From the NCBI GenBank assembly GCA_020184695.1, contig JAANOX010000064.1, positions 124,001-188,000 on the forward strand: a DNA stretch of 64,000 nt, written 5' to 3'. Origin of the DNA: Histomonas meleagridis 2922-C6/04-290x. Lineage: Eukaryota; Protista; Parabasalia. The translations under genes were made by a program, and so were the position numbers. Under the pieces are notes generated by a model, which was not told the origin of the DNA, searched no databases, and saw only the letters and a list, made by a program, of their open reading frames with translations. The stretch's first letter is position 1, and every line of letters begins with the position of its first letter. Shown here piece after piece: positions 31,984 through 42,685 of the stretch.

Positions 31984-32925
31984 ATGCAAAGTTTCGGCAT
32001 CCCAATGGCACCAACCCTTGTCACCAGAACAACCAAATCAAAGTGGGACAGTGGTGACAGTAAAACAGTTATACCAAATGTGGCGTGTATTCTTCCACCA
32101 GATTTAAAATCAGATTTACTTCATGCTTATCTTCTTAGATTCCAGTTTGAAGAAGTTCAATACAAAATAAAGAATCTTGAAGACGAAACAAAGAATGTTA
32201 ACTTTGGTGAAAATCTCATGAACAATTTTACTCTTGATAATAAGCTTCAGGTTACAGCAGATGTTCGTGCAAGAGATTCCCTTGTTCAAGAAAGGCGTCA
32301 AATCACAGAATCTATTGAAAAAGTTTATCCAATATTTCGTGCACCTCTTTCTTTGCTTGTTTCCATCACCAAATCAGTTAAGCGCGTTGAGATACCTTCG
32401 TACAAGCTTCTTGGTGTTATTCTTGGTCCTCGTGCAACTATGCTGAGACAAATTGAAAAAGATTTTAATGTAAGAATATCAGTCAGAGGTCCATCAAATA
32501 CCACGGATGATAATGCTCCACCAGAAGAAAGAGGCCATCTTCTAATTATTGGAAATACAGAAGATGAAGTTACACGTTGTGCCAAAAAGATCAACTCAAT
32601 CATAAGTAGTGAAGGAGGAATTGTCAACACAAACACAGGAGGGTTTAACCAAGATGTTGACCCAGATCAATATTCTCTTTCGTTCAATCCCAACGAAGAC
32701 AAGCCCCCATGGGAGGAGACCGTTAAAGGAACCGATACAAGCGGTTATAACACTTTTGACTCGGCTTACGATGAACTTTTGAATAGTTTAACTCGCAACG
32801 ATACAGTTGATGAAGAAACCGAATCTGAAGAACGCAGGAAGCTATTCAAGAAATTCACTGTTGATCTTGCAAGAACCGATATTTCATCACTAATGGATGA
32901 GCCTCTTCCTCCTGGTTTTGCATAA
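31984..32925 (+). CDS. Splicing factor 1/branchpoint-binding protein-like KH-domain protein
   Basis: SKWD motif, helix-hairpin-like segment (AYLLRFQFEEV..; SLVQERRQI), KH domain LGVILGPRATMLRQIEKDFNVRISVRG. Confidence 0.7.
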   Translation: MQSFGIPMAPTLVTRTTKSKWDSGDSKTVIPNVACILPPDLKSDLLHAYLLRFQFEEVQYKIKNLEDETKNVNFGENLMNNFTLDNKLQVTADVRARDSLVQERRQITESIEKVYPIFRAPLSLLVSITKSVKRVEIPSYKLLGVILGPRATMLRQIEKDFNVRISVRGPSNTTDDNAPPEERGHLLIIGNTEDEVTRCAKKINSIISSEGGIVNTNTGGFNQDVDPDQYSLSFNPNEDKPPWEETVKGTDTSGYNTFDSAYDELLNSLTRNDTVDEETESEERRKLFKKFTVDLARTDISSLMDEPLPPGFA

Positions 32926-33015
32926 AATTTTTTTCATCTTATCTCATTTTTCGAAATTTCAAAACTCAGAAAAGAGTCAACACAATTGATACTTTTGGGT
33001 TTTTTATACATAAGT

Positions 33016-34086
33016 CTAAAATGAATGAACTTCTCCTTTGATCTTTTCTATTAAACTTTCAATTTCTTCGATATTTTGTTTCTTTTCATTAACCATTTTT
33101 GAGAATTCTTTTTGTATTTCATAAAAACAATCTTTTTTATCATTAAATTGAGAAACTTCTGTTTTTGTTGAGTTGCTTTGTATTAAAATTGGTCTCTGAG
33201 GTGTTTCTATATTTTTTAAACTTAATATTTCATAAATAATATCAGAACATTTATTCTGGAAATTCTCTTTGTTCCTATGAATTGTTGCATAAAGAGAATT
33301 GTTTATTTGTATTGAGTTTATTGATTGTTTAATGTTTTGAAGCATTTGTTGAATTTGATTAATGTTCAAGTTTTGAACTTGTTTTAATTTAATCAAATCG
33401 TTTCGATGAGTTTTAATGCATTTGGATTGAGAGCGTATCACTTTAAGTGCCGATTTTTGTTCTTCTAGTTTCTGTTCGAGTATTTGTATATTTCGTTGAT
33501 TTGATTTTTCTTCTCTAAATACAAGTTCATTGAGTTTATATAGTTTTTGTGTATTTATTAATTCTTCTAATTCATTTTGAAGTAAGTTTGGAGTTGATGA
33601 AAAGTTTTTGATTATATCATTTTTAGTTTCAATTGTTGATTTTCGAAGTGAAACAATATCATCTGGTTTTAAGTCTGTGGAGATCTCATTTTGAGCAATA
33701 TTTATGTATTGTTGAAAACTAGGAAAGTATTCTTCGAACACATTACTTAATTGTGATACATGTTGAGGTGGAACTTCATTCTCAAAGGAAATGGATTTCT
33801 GAATTTCTGAAATTAAATCTTCAAGCATTTCGTTGACCATGAAATCTTCAATTTCCGATGTATCTACAAGTGAAATAATTTCAGCATGTAAATCACTTGC
33901 TACTTTTATCAACGAATGTGACAAATAGTCAGAAATATGTTCAATTAATTCAGAAAGAATTGCATTATCAACTTGGAAATCTTGAATGAGCTCTTTTTGA
34001 TGTTTCTCTTGTAAGATGAGATCATTGTTTGTTTTCTTTAAAATTGGTTTTAGCCTTTTTCTTCTTCTGATTTCTTTCTTTTCCAT
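33016..34086 (-). CDS. Hypothetical coiled-coil protein
   Basis: Long open frame rich in Q/E/K/L/I. The track start is a TTG; the ATG is at 34086 (alternative 34134). Confidence 0.6.
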   Translation of the reverse strand: MEKKEIRRRKRLKPILKKTNNDLILQEKHQKELIQDFQVDNAILSELIEHISDYLSHSLIKVASDLHAEIISLVDTSEIEDFMVNEMLEDLISEIQKSISFENEVPPQHVSQLSNVFEEYFPSFQQYINIAQNEISTDLKPDDIVSLRKSTIETKNDIIKNFSSTPNLLQNELEELINTQKLYKLNELVFREEKSNQRNIQILEQKLEEQKSALKVIRSQSKCIKTHRNDLIKLKQVQNLNINQIQQMLQNIKQSINSIQINNSLYATIHRNKENFQNKCSDIIYEILSLKNIETPQRPILIQSNSTKTEVSQFNDKKDCFYEIQKEFSKMVNEKKQNIEEIESLIEKIKGEVHSF

Positions 34087-34187
34087 CCCATGATCTCTTA
34101 AACGTACACAAATAACATATTTTTCACATAACATTTCACACTTCGACCACAATTTTTACAAATAAACCATTAAAATCTAATAAAGTC

Positions 34188-35303
34188 ATGAGTGGAGAAA
34201 CAGTTCGAATTAAATTCCTCACAAAAGATCCTAAATTAGCACTTCCTCAAGGTGACTTTGATGTTTCAGGTGCATTAAATCGAAAAGGATTATCTGATGC
34301 TTTAAATCAAGTTTTCCAATTCGAAACACCAATTCCATTTGATTTCAAAATATATGGAAATTTCCTTCGTCAGTCCCTTAGTCAAGCAATTCAGAAATAT
34401 GGGATTTCAACAGAAAATGTTATTCCAATAGAATTTTTCCCAGCTTTTAAACCACCTACTCCTGTTGATGAGGGTTCAGTAGAAGCATGGATTTCCTCGT
34501 TAAAGATTCATGATAAGAATCTTTTAGGATCACTTTATGATGGAAGCATATTTTTAAATGAACAACGTTTTAGATATAATGAACAAGAACAATCACCTCT
34601 TAAATGCGTATCTTGGCTTGGTGCTAATGGTGCAGTAGCAGGTGATCTTGATGGGTGTGTTACATATTTTGATTTTGAATCAAATAATCACAAAAAATTC
34701 ACTCTTCACAATGATGCTATTTATTCCATTGCCACTTATCCCTCCATTGATCATTTATTTGTTACTGGTTGTGCAGATGGAAGTATTTCAATGTGGTCAA
34801 CATCTGAAGGTGGATCATTATTAAGTCCATTTGTAGGTCATTCAGATACTATTCAAACACTTCAATGGGTTGACCAAAACACGTTAGTCAGTGCCTCATT
34901 AGATCGAACCATTCGATTTTGGGATGTGAATGCACAACAAGAAAAAAGTCTTTTATCAGCATCATGCGGAATTTTAACGGTCGCCGTCAGAGGACCGTTA
35001 ATTATCACGGGGCACCCCGATAGAAGTATTCGATTATGGGATATTCGCTCAAGTGAAAGAAGATCAGTTGTTAATGAATTTAAGTCACATACAAATTGGG
35101 TCTCATGTTTAACATGGGTTAATGATGAATTATTTGCTAGTGGTGGATATGATGGAGCAGTTAAATATTGGAATATTGGAACAGAAGTTCCATTAGGTAC
35201 AATATCACAACATGATGAAAAAGTCTTTGCAATAGTCTCATCAGAAGAAGATTTATATGCAGGTGGCTCAGGCCAAACAATTCATCATTATAAATTCATT
35301 TAA
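34188..35303 (+). CDS. YTM1: Ribosome biogenesis protein YTM1/WDR12 (NLE domain plus WD40)
   Basis: N-terminal NLE/UBL (LSDALNQV..PFDFKIYGNFLRQSL..STENVIPIEF), WISSL, multiple WD repeats. Confidence 0.88.
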   Translation: MSGETVRIKFLTKDPKLALPQGDFDVSGALNRKGLSDALNQVFQFETPIPFDFKIYGNFLRQSLSQAIQKYGISTENVIPIEFFPAFKPPTPVDEGSVEAWISSLKIHDKNLLGSLYDGSIFLNEQRFRYNEQEQSPLKCVSWLGANGAVAGDLDGCVTYFDFESNNHKKFTLHNDAIYSIATYPSIDHLFVTGCADGSISMWSTSEGGSLLSPFVGHSDTIQTLQWVDQNTLVSASLDRTIRFWDVNAQQEKSLLSASCGILTVAVRGPLIITGHPDRSIRLWDIRSSERRSVVNEFKSHTNWVSCLTWVNDELFASGGYDGAVKYWNIGTEVPLGTISQHDEKVFAIVSSEEDLYAGGSGQTIHHYKFI

Positions 35304-35343
35304 AAAAAAAAATAAACTTTTTATAAATTAAAACAATTTTTAT

Positions 35344-38300
35344 TTAATCAATCATTGCAGGAACAAAAATTATTGATTCATCTTCTGTAGAAACAACAAA
35401 TCTACAAAATTCGTTTTCATATTTAATTGACAAAATTTTATGATCATATTTCCAAAGAATTTTCTTTCGTTTTAATGTTATTGCATTCAGTATTACTATT
35501 CTATTTTCTTCATCTACTAAACCTATATAATCCATTTGTTTATAATCCCAAGAATTAGTTGCATCGACAACTCTTTTATCATATTCTATTTCAGTTATCG
35601 GGCGACCGTTAATTGTAAAATTCTTAATATAACACCTATCGTCTTCGCCCTCCCCAAAAACCACTATCGTACCTAAACAATGACAAATTATAACGTTCTT
35701 CGCGTAAACGTTCTTTTTGAAATTTAATGAAACGACTCTAAGTAAATTTAATTGGGGCAATAAACTAATAACCATTGAGTTATCTTTGGAACAAGTTACC
35801 CCAATTCCATAATCGACACTTGTATCGCAACATAAGATTGCGTCATGGTGAGCCATTAAAGAATTCACCAAAACAATTTTATTATCTTTTTGTTTAAACT
35901 TCCATAACCCAATACACGAATCAGATCCACCACTAATTACGTAATTACCGAAAGCTTTTATACATACAATACCTGACAAATGTGGTGTATTATAAGACAC
36001 TATAATTGAACAAGAAACATCATCGAATACTCTTAAGTAAAGTGAATTTTCGACGGTAAAAGCGAATGAAGTCTCCAACAGATAAGCGATTTTGTTATTT
36101 TCCTTTGGGAATATGTCCAATTTTTTAGAATTCTGGAAATTTACTTGGAAGTAAGAAGCTGTTGATCTAATACAAAACAATTTACTATTTTGTAATACTG
36201 TATATACTTTAATATCTTCATATGTATTACTAAACACTTTAAAATCAACAACAACCGAATGAATGTTTTGTAAGAATATAATTCTTTGTTCATTAACATC
36301 ATTTGTCGGTAAAGAATTTATATGATGACTAAAGAATAATTGTTGTGGTACAATTCCAATAGTATTTAAATATTCGACAGTCATTTCAGGGTCTTCTTTT
36401 CCGATTCCATTCTCTGACCAAACGTTTGGATATATTTGAGGTGGATATGTATTCATATCTTCAACAGAGTATTGTTTAATTCCCCATATCATATCTATCC
36501 AATAATTTAAGTTATTACGGACATAATTACTTTCTAATGCTATGATATGATTATATATTTGTTCCATTGGCGTCTTACTATACTTAGATAGTCGTACATC
36601 AGAAATAGACTTTTGTTCAATATCTTTCCCTAAATCGAATTCATTCGAATTAATTAAAAATTCACAATCAAAATAAAACTCTGGTGTATACTCTTTCACT
36701 GCTTTCCCAAACCTTAAGATCGATGATATGTTTCCTGGTATGGAAAAAAACATTCGCATCGGTAAATCAAATTTCCCGTCTTGTAATGTAACATGTAATG
36801 TAGTAAATGGTTCTAAGCGTACTAAGTATAATCCAATAGAAAAAACATTCGTATAAAGCGCTGAGAAAATATATGAATTCCCTGAGAATAATGTTTGCCT
36901 GGATAACTCTTGAACACTTGACTTGTTCTGCCATAAGATGTTCTTGGATAAGTCTCTGTAATTTTCCGCTGATTCGAAATCGATTTCTTCTTCGTCTGAT
37001 ATGATCAAAATAGGAAAAACTGGATAAATGCGTCCATCTAAAAAGGATCGACCTGATAATAGGTTTAACCACATTAAATAATCAAAGTTGGATAATTGAC
37101 GATGACGCCAACGTTGTGTTAATTTTAAGTTTTCAATTTCAATATGTGATGGATTTTCTTGGAAAAAGATTTTGTTGGGTAATTGGATTTTCTTTAAGTT
37201 GGAGATGAATTTGTGCGATTTTTGATTAGGAAATTGGAATAAATAACACTTTTTGTCAGTGGTAAATATTTGTATTGACTGTGGCATTTGTTGATACCAA
37301 CACCAAAACAAATATTGGACTTTGGTGTTCTTAATGAATACACACTTGTTTTTGGTTAAATACATATAACCTTTGGAGATAACATTAAATATTCCGTTAG
37401 TTCTTTTCTTCGGGATTAATACTATTCGATTACATTCATCACTCCATATAATTTGACTAGTATTAAGAGTAGGTAAAGGTTCATGTTTCTTTTCAATTTT
37501 ATCAATAATTAAATTCGGTTGTAATTGTTCTATTTCTTGTAACGTAGTACGATTATTAGAATTACGTTTTAATGATTCCTTTAAGTGGTTATCAAAATGA
37601 TGATTTCGTACTTCTAAAATAGGTCTAAAACGAAAATCATATTGATTCCCACGTTTAAAATACGGTTTTGTTTTATTTTCATAAAACGGCGAACGATCAT
37701 AAGCCAAAGAAAAGTAGAGTCTTTGCCACGACCGTTTATGCTCATTTTGTTTTGAAATGAACGATAATTTTCCCCAGAATTTTGTTGTCAAAATTTCAAT
37801 ACGCGGAATTTCTAATTCGAATTTATTTAAAGTTTTATAAAATTCTTCGAATAATTGTACAGATATTTCAACGTTTGTTGCTAAATTATTTTTGTTTAAA
37901 GTTTTTGCATAAATTATTGGTAAATATTTTTCAGTATTTTTAACTTTTTTAATGATATAATTAATTAAATTTATAATATCTTTTTTCATTGTATCATATA
38001 AAAATGAAGAAATTATGAAAAAAGATAAATAGCTTAATGATTTATTTGAGATATATAATGTATGAAGTTGTAATAATTGAAATGCTGATTTCGTATCTTG
38101 CCATTTATTATCGTATATATGTAAACCATATTTAGGCTTTATATCGATTTTATTAAATTTAATGAATTGGAACACGTCTAATTCGTCATCATTTTCTTCT
38201 TCTTCATTATCATAAAACGACAAATGATAATTATATAAATAATATGAACAAATCAAATTTATGAATTTATTAACAAGTTTTATATCATTTAATTTACCAA

Positions 38301-41300
38301 TTTGTACTATTAAATCAACAATTAAATTATTCACTAAAGTTCGATTATTATATTTCTTTAAAATCGATATAATATCAATACAAGACAAAAACTTATTTAA
38401 AAATTCGAAATTATTTAATAAAACTTCATCCAAATAATTAATCAAATCATTCCATTTAAATAAGATTATAAAACTTAAGAAATAAACAAAAGTTATTGAT
38501 TTAATACATTCATTAAATTCGGGCATTGTAAATGATTCTTTAATAAAGTCATAAGCACATTTACTATCTTCTTCATTTAATTTATAAGAAGATATTATCA
38601 AAATCGATAAGCATTTACAACTATGGAAATTACATAAATATTTTGTTAAATCAACTAAGAATTCATTTGAATAATTTTCTATTAATTGTACAAAAAATAT
38701 CAAAAATTTGTTAATATATTTCTCTTCAATTGCAATAAATTTCTCAATGATTATACATAATATCATTGGATCTTCTGTATATAAGAAATCATGTGTAACG
38801 ATTATATGTTTAGTAATTTCATTTTTTGTGTTTAATGAATTTAATACTTCTAATATAGTACAAATACTTTCATAATTAATATTATCTGTTTCTACTAATT
38901 TAAACAATAATAAAATGTTATTTTCTTCATTATTTAATTCTAAAATCGATTTTAATATGTTTTTAAATCCATTTAATACATTAATATCAATTTTCTTATT
39001 TAATATACATGAATTAAATAATTGGATTACATTCATATATACGTTATTTAACTCATTGATATTATTAGTTTCATTTACAAGACTTTTCCAATCATTTAAT
39101 ATAATTGGTATAGTTTTTACATCGGATTTCTCCCATAACCCCGAATTAAATATTAAATGATCTCGATAATTTTTAAGTTCTTTAAATTCATTATCATATG
39201 AAAATATAATTTTCCAATTCTTTTTAGTTAATAAATTTGGATTCATATTTAAAAAAAAATCGATAATAGAAAACGCATCAATTAAATCAATTTCTTGTAA
39301 AAATTTTTTATTTCTAATCAAAATGTTCATTAAAAAGTTATACAAAATCTCAAAGAAATTTAAATCATTTAAGTTAATAAATGAAAATAATGAAACTAAA
39401 TATGAAATACCTTTCGATACTTCAAAAACTCGTTCGAATCGATTCACAAATTTAAACATTATACCATTAAATTCACTTGGTTGTCCTTGAATATAATATA
39501 AAGTATTTTGTTTTTTTAATCTCGTTGTATATAAAGATATAATTTTCGAATCATTTAATAATCGTATAAAACTTTTTAATGGCGTTTCATATATTTGTTT
39601 TGCTAAATTCTTTTGTACAGGTAATGAATAAAAACTAATTTGACCAAATAACATATCGATCATTTCGAAGTTCTTTTCAGTATCTTTATATATATAAATT
39701 TTATCTATTTCATTTATCAATGAACTTTTTGTTAATTTTTGTTCATATATTTCATTCGTATTTAATAAAACTTTTAAGTAATTTACCGGATTAAATTCGA
39801 TATATAAATTATTCCATTGATTTGTAGGTACTTTATTATTAATGATTATAGTATGAAAGATATTTGTAGTTGATTTTATTTCAATGAATTCTTGAAATAT
39901 TCGTATTAATATATCCGATTGTTTACTTTGTAAATTTACTAATGTAATATATTCCGATTCATTTAAGAAATTCGATATTAAAAACCATAAAGAAAATGCA
40001 ATTCCATTCGAATGTTCTTTAAATGATATCCCCGGAATTAATATATAATCGAATTCTGTTGATAATAACAAAAAAGTATCCGTTTTCTTTTCTTGTACCA
40101 TAATCATTTTATCTAAATATTTATACATTAAATGATAATAATTCTTTAAATGATTATATTTATTAGGATTCAAATATCGTAAATATTTAAATAATGTCTT
40201 TCGATCACAAATGTTTATTGTTATATTCGAGAATATATTTAAAAGTAATTCAATCGATTCTTCATTATTATTCGTTAATCCAATTTCTTTAAGTACTAAA
40301 AAATGGAAATTAAAATGAAATAATTTAAAACATTCAGTGATTGAATTTTCTGTAATGTCTTTTAATAATCGTAAAAAATTAATTTTATATTTCGTCCTAA
40401 ATAAAATTTTTGAAATTTCATATGTAAATTTGGACTTTATTCGTATGTTCTTAGGATGATTATTACTAATAATAGTTATTAAATATTTATATGCCTTTTC
40501 ATTAAGTTCATTAGCTAATATTCCATTACTTAATGTTTCCCAATCGATCTTAATGAAATTCGAAACTTTTGGATTCATAAAACATTTAAAGAATTTGATA
40601 AATTGATTTTGATTTTGAGGATTTTCTTCAAATTTCTTTGTTAATATTAACAAATAATTATTTGCGAAATTAATTTTGAAATCAATTGTTAAATATTTTA
40701 TATAAATTGTAAATATTTGGATCATATGATAATATAAATCATTTTCTTTTTTAATAATATTATAAAAAAAGTAATTAATAATTAAACTTTTAGAAAATGT
40801 ATCGAAATCATTTTTATATTGATTTAATAAATTCAAATAAATATTTATTATATGTTTATAACAGTTTTCATTCTTTAATAAAACTTTTAACTTTTTAATA
40901 AATTTTTTATTTTCCGATAAATATTTACATAATTCATGATGATTTTCTAATAAATAATTAATCTTTTGTAAAAACTCAATGAAATATTCCGAATTCTCAT
41001 TGTTTAATTTAGATGTTATACATGAACTTAATTGTGTAATAAATGGCGTTTCAAATGGAGAAATGTTTAAATATATATAATGTATTATTTCATTCGCAAA
41101 TATTATATTAGAATTATTAAAATATTCAACAAAAATATTTGAAACTTCTTCAATGGATGAATAACTTGAGATTAATTTAAAGATTAATACACGAATTGGT
41201 ATTAATATTGATAATTTTCCGGTTCTTTTGGCTTCAATAAAGTTAATTTCTGGATTAAAAATTTTCGGATTTATTATGAAATCTTGAAGTGAAATTTTGG

Positions 41301-42402
41301 ATTCATTAAATAAACTTAAAAATTTATAGTTATTCCGCTTTAAAAAATGTATAAATAATAAGATTAACGTTATAAAATTAACTTCAGAACAATTATATTC
41401 ATTATAATTTATTTTCATTAACATATTAATAAAATGATACATAGCTTTTTTGGATAGTAATTGAGTCAAAATTGTCATCTTCCCAACCATGTTTTTGGAT
41501 TCATTTAAATAATATATTAATGTCCCAATGGTTGAAAAGTCATTTTTATGATTTGCTCCAAATGGAAATTCGACTGCGTCTAACGGTTGCTTGCCGATCA
41601 TTTCGAATACAAATTGGACGAAATTCGGAAATTCAATTGAACTGATTCTGATGAATTCAATGCATAACCCTAAAATTGGAAATACTAATGAATCATTTGG
41701 ATTTCTCCCGTATATCTGTTTAAGAACTTGATATATGTTTAAAAGCTCTTGGTTTATTGGGAAATTTATTTTGTTTTTGTGGGATTGTGCAAAATGTAAT
41801 ACACATAAAATATGAAGATTGGCATTAACTTGGGTTGAACTATCAGACATGTACGAAAAAAGAAGCAATTCGCATATTGTAAGATGTTGTGGATAAAAAT
41901 AATCTGGAAGATCACCAAAAAGAACAACTAAAGAATGTAATTCCGAAATTATTTCTTGAATTTGAGAATACTTGGCGGCTTCCTTGTAGACTTTATAAAA
42001 TAATTTAATGAATAAATCTTGATATTGGATATCTAAAAATTTATATGCATGATTTAATGCCTTTAAAAAAATGTTCCATATTTCTGGTTCCTCGCTAAGA
42101 ACATTTGTATGGAGAAATGAAAAGAAATTTTGTAATAAAAATATTCCTAATTGATTTCTTAAAAATTCTGAATTAGGCATGGGAAGATTTTCTAGCTCTG
42201 GAACAACACGCTTTAAGACACGACAGCTGCTATTGAAATCTTTTCTGTGATCTAAATTTTTATTTTGAATTATTGAAAATTTTGTTTCTGGACGAAAAGA
42301 TATATCAGAAAGACATTCTTTAGATAAAGGAAGTTTAAATATTTTTGTTTTTTCTATTTCTTTGATTTTAACAATAAGTTTTTCTTCTTCTTTTGATTCC
42401 AT
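35344..42402 (-). CDS. BEACH domain-containing protein (PH-BEACH-WD40)
   Basis: 2352-aa ORF; LTQRWRHRQLSNFDYLMWLNLLSGRSF..YPVFP, YRDLSK, LVRLEPFTTLH..LQDGKFD and WIDMIWG; C-terminal WD repeats. Confidence 0.92.
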   Translation of the reverse strand: MESKEEEKLIVKIKEIEKTKIFKLPLSKECLSDISFRPETKFSIIQNKNLDHRKDFNSSCRVLKRVVPELENLPMPNSEFLRNQLGIFLLQNFFSFLHTNVLSEEPEIWNIFLKALNHAYKFLDIQYQDLFIKLFYKVYKEAAKYSQIQEIISELHSLVVLFGDLPDYFYPQHLTICELLLFSYMSDSSTQVNANLHILCVLHFAQSHKNKINFPINQELLNIYQVLKQIYGRNPNDSLVFPILGLCIEFIRISSIEFPNFVQFVFEMIGKQPLDAVEFPFGANHKNDFSTIGTLIYYLNESKNMVGKMTILTQLLSKKAMYHFINMLMKINYNEYNCSEVNFITLILLFIHFLKRNNYKFLSLFNESKISLQDFIINPKIFNPEINFIEAKRTGKLSILIPIRVLIFKLISSYSSIEEVSNIFVEYFNNSNIIFANEIIHYIYLNISPFETPFITQLSSCITSKLNNENSEYFIEFLQKINYLLENHHELCKYLSENKKFIKKLKVLLKNENCYKHIINIYLNLLNQYKNDFDTFSKSLIINYFFYNIIKKENDLYYHMIQIFTIYIKYLTIDFKINFANNYLLILTKKFEENPQNQNQFIKFFKCFMNPKVSNFIKIDWETLSNGILANELNEKAYKYLITIISNNHPKNIRIKSKFTYEISKILFRTKYKINFLRLLKDITENSITECFKLFHFNFHFLVLKEIGLTNNNEESIELLLNIFSNITINICDRKTLFKYLRYLNPNKYNHLKNYYHLMYKYLDKMIMVQEKKTDTFLLLSTEFDYILIPGISFKEHSNGIAFSLWFLISNFLNESEYITLVNLQSKQSDILIRIFQEFIEIKSTTNIFHTIIINNKVPTNQWNNLYIEFNPVNYLKVLLNTNEIYEQKLTKSSLINEIDKIYIYKDTEKNFEMIDMLFGQISFYSLPVQKNLAKQIYETPLKSFIRLLNDSKIISLYTTRLKKQNTLYYIQGQPSEFNGIMFKFVNRFERVFEVSKGISYLVSLFSFINLNDLNFFEILYNFLMNILIRNKKFLQEIDLIDAFSIIDFFLNMNPNLLTKKNWKIIFSYDNEFKELKNYRDHLIFNSGLWEKSDVKTIPIILNDWKSLVNETNNINELNNVYMNVIQLFNSCILNKKIDINVLNGFKNILKSILELNNEENNILLLFKLVETDNINYESICTILEVLNSLNTKNEITKHIIVTHDFLYTEDPMILCIIIEKFIAIEEKYINKFLIFFVQLIENYSNEFLVDLTKYLCNFHSCKCLSILIISSYKLNEEDSKCAYDFIKESFTMPEFNECIKSITFVYFLSFIILFKWNDLINYLDEVLLNNFEFLNKFLSCIDIISILKKYNNRTLVNNLIVDLIVQIGKLNDIKLVNKFINLICSYYLYNYHLSFYDNEEEENDDELDVFQFIKFNKIDIKPKYGLHIYDNKWQDTKSAFQLLQLHTLYISNKSLSYLSFFIISSFLYDTMKKDIINLINYIIKKVKNTEKYLPIIYAKTLNKNNLATNVEISVQLFEEFYKTLNKFELEIPRIEILTTKFWGKLSFISKQNEHKRSWQRLYFSLAYDRSPFYENKTKPYFKRGNQYDFRFRPILEVRNHHFDNHLKESLKRNSNNRTTLQEIEQLQPNLIIDKIEKKHEPLPTLNTSQIIWSDECNRIVLIPKKRTNGIFNVISKGYMYLTKNKCVFIKNTKVQYLFWCWYQQMPQSIQIFTTDKKCYLFQFPNQKSHKFISNLKKIQLPNKIFFQENPSHIEIENLKLTQRWRHRQLSNFDYLMWLNLLSGRSFLDGRIYPVFPILIISDEEEIDFESAENYRDLSKNILWQNKSSVQELSRQTLFSGNSYIFSALYTNVFSIGLYLVRLEPFTTLHVTLQDGKFDLPMRMFFSIPGNISSILRFGKAVKEYTPEFYFDCEFLINSNEFDLGKDIEQKSISDVRLSKYSKTPMEQIYNHIIALESNYVRNNLNYWIDMIWGIKQYSVEDMNTYPPQIYPNVWSENGIGKEDPEMTVEYLNTIGIVPQQLFFSHHINSLPTNDVNEQRIIFLQNIHSVVVDFKVFSNTYEDIKVYTVLQNSKLFCIRSTASYFQVNFQNSKKLDIFPKENNKIAYLLETSFAFTVENSLYLRVFDDVSCSIIVSYNTPHLSGIVCIKAFGNYVISGGSDSCIGLWKFKQKDNKIVLVNSLMAHHDAILCCDTSVDYGIGVTCSKDNSMVISLLPQLNLLRVVSLNFKKNVYAKNVIICHCLGTIVVFGEGEDDRCYIKNFTINGRPITEIEYDKRVVDATNSWDYKQMDYIGLVDEENRIVILNAITLKRKKILWKYDHKILSIKYENEFCRFVVSTEDESIIFVPAMID

Positions 42403-42685
42403 TTTTTACATCTGTATCGTGGCCGATTCAAATTCACGAGTATAAACGGTTCTATATTGAAATCATGACATATCGTTGCTCTTATTTTTTGATTGAAATA
42501 AATAATTGAGATATTTGATAAGGGTATGGTAGGTAGATAAGAGTGTGTTTGTCCGAGCATTGAATTTCCTATCGGCTCATACAAAATACCACTTTTTAAG
42601 AGATCAAAAATTCTAAAACAAAGATTGAATAATTTATTTATGTGAAACATTTTTGATAGATTTTGAAGTGAAAGATTTTGACTTC

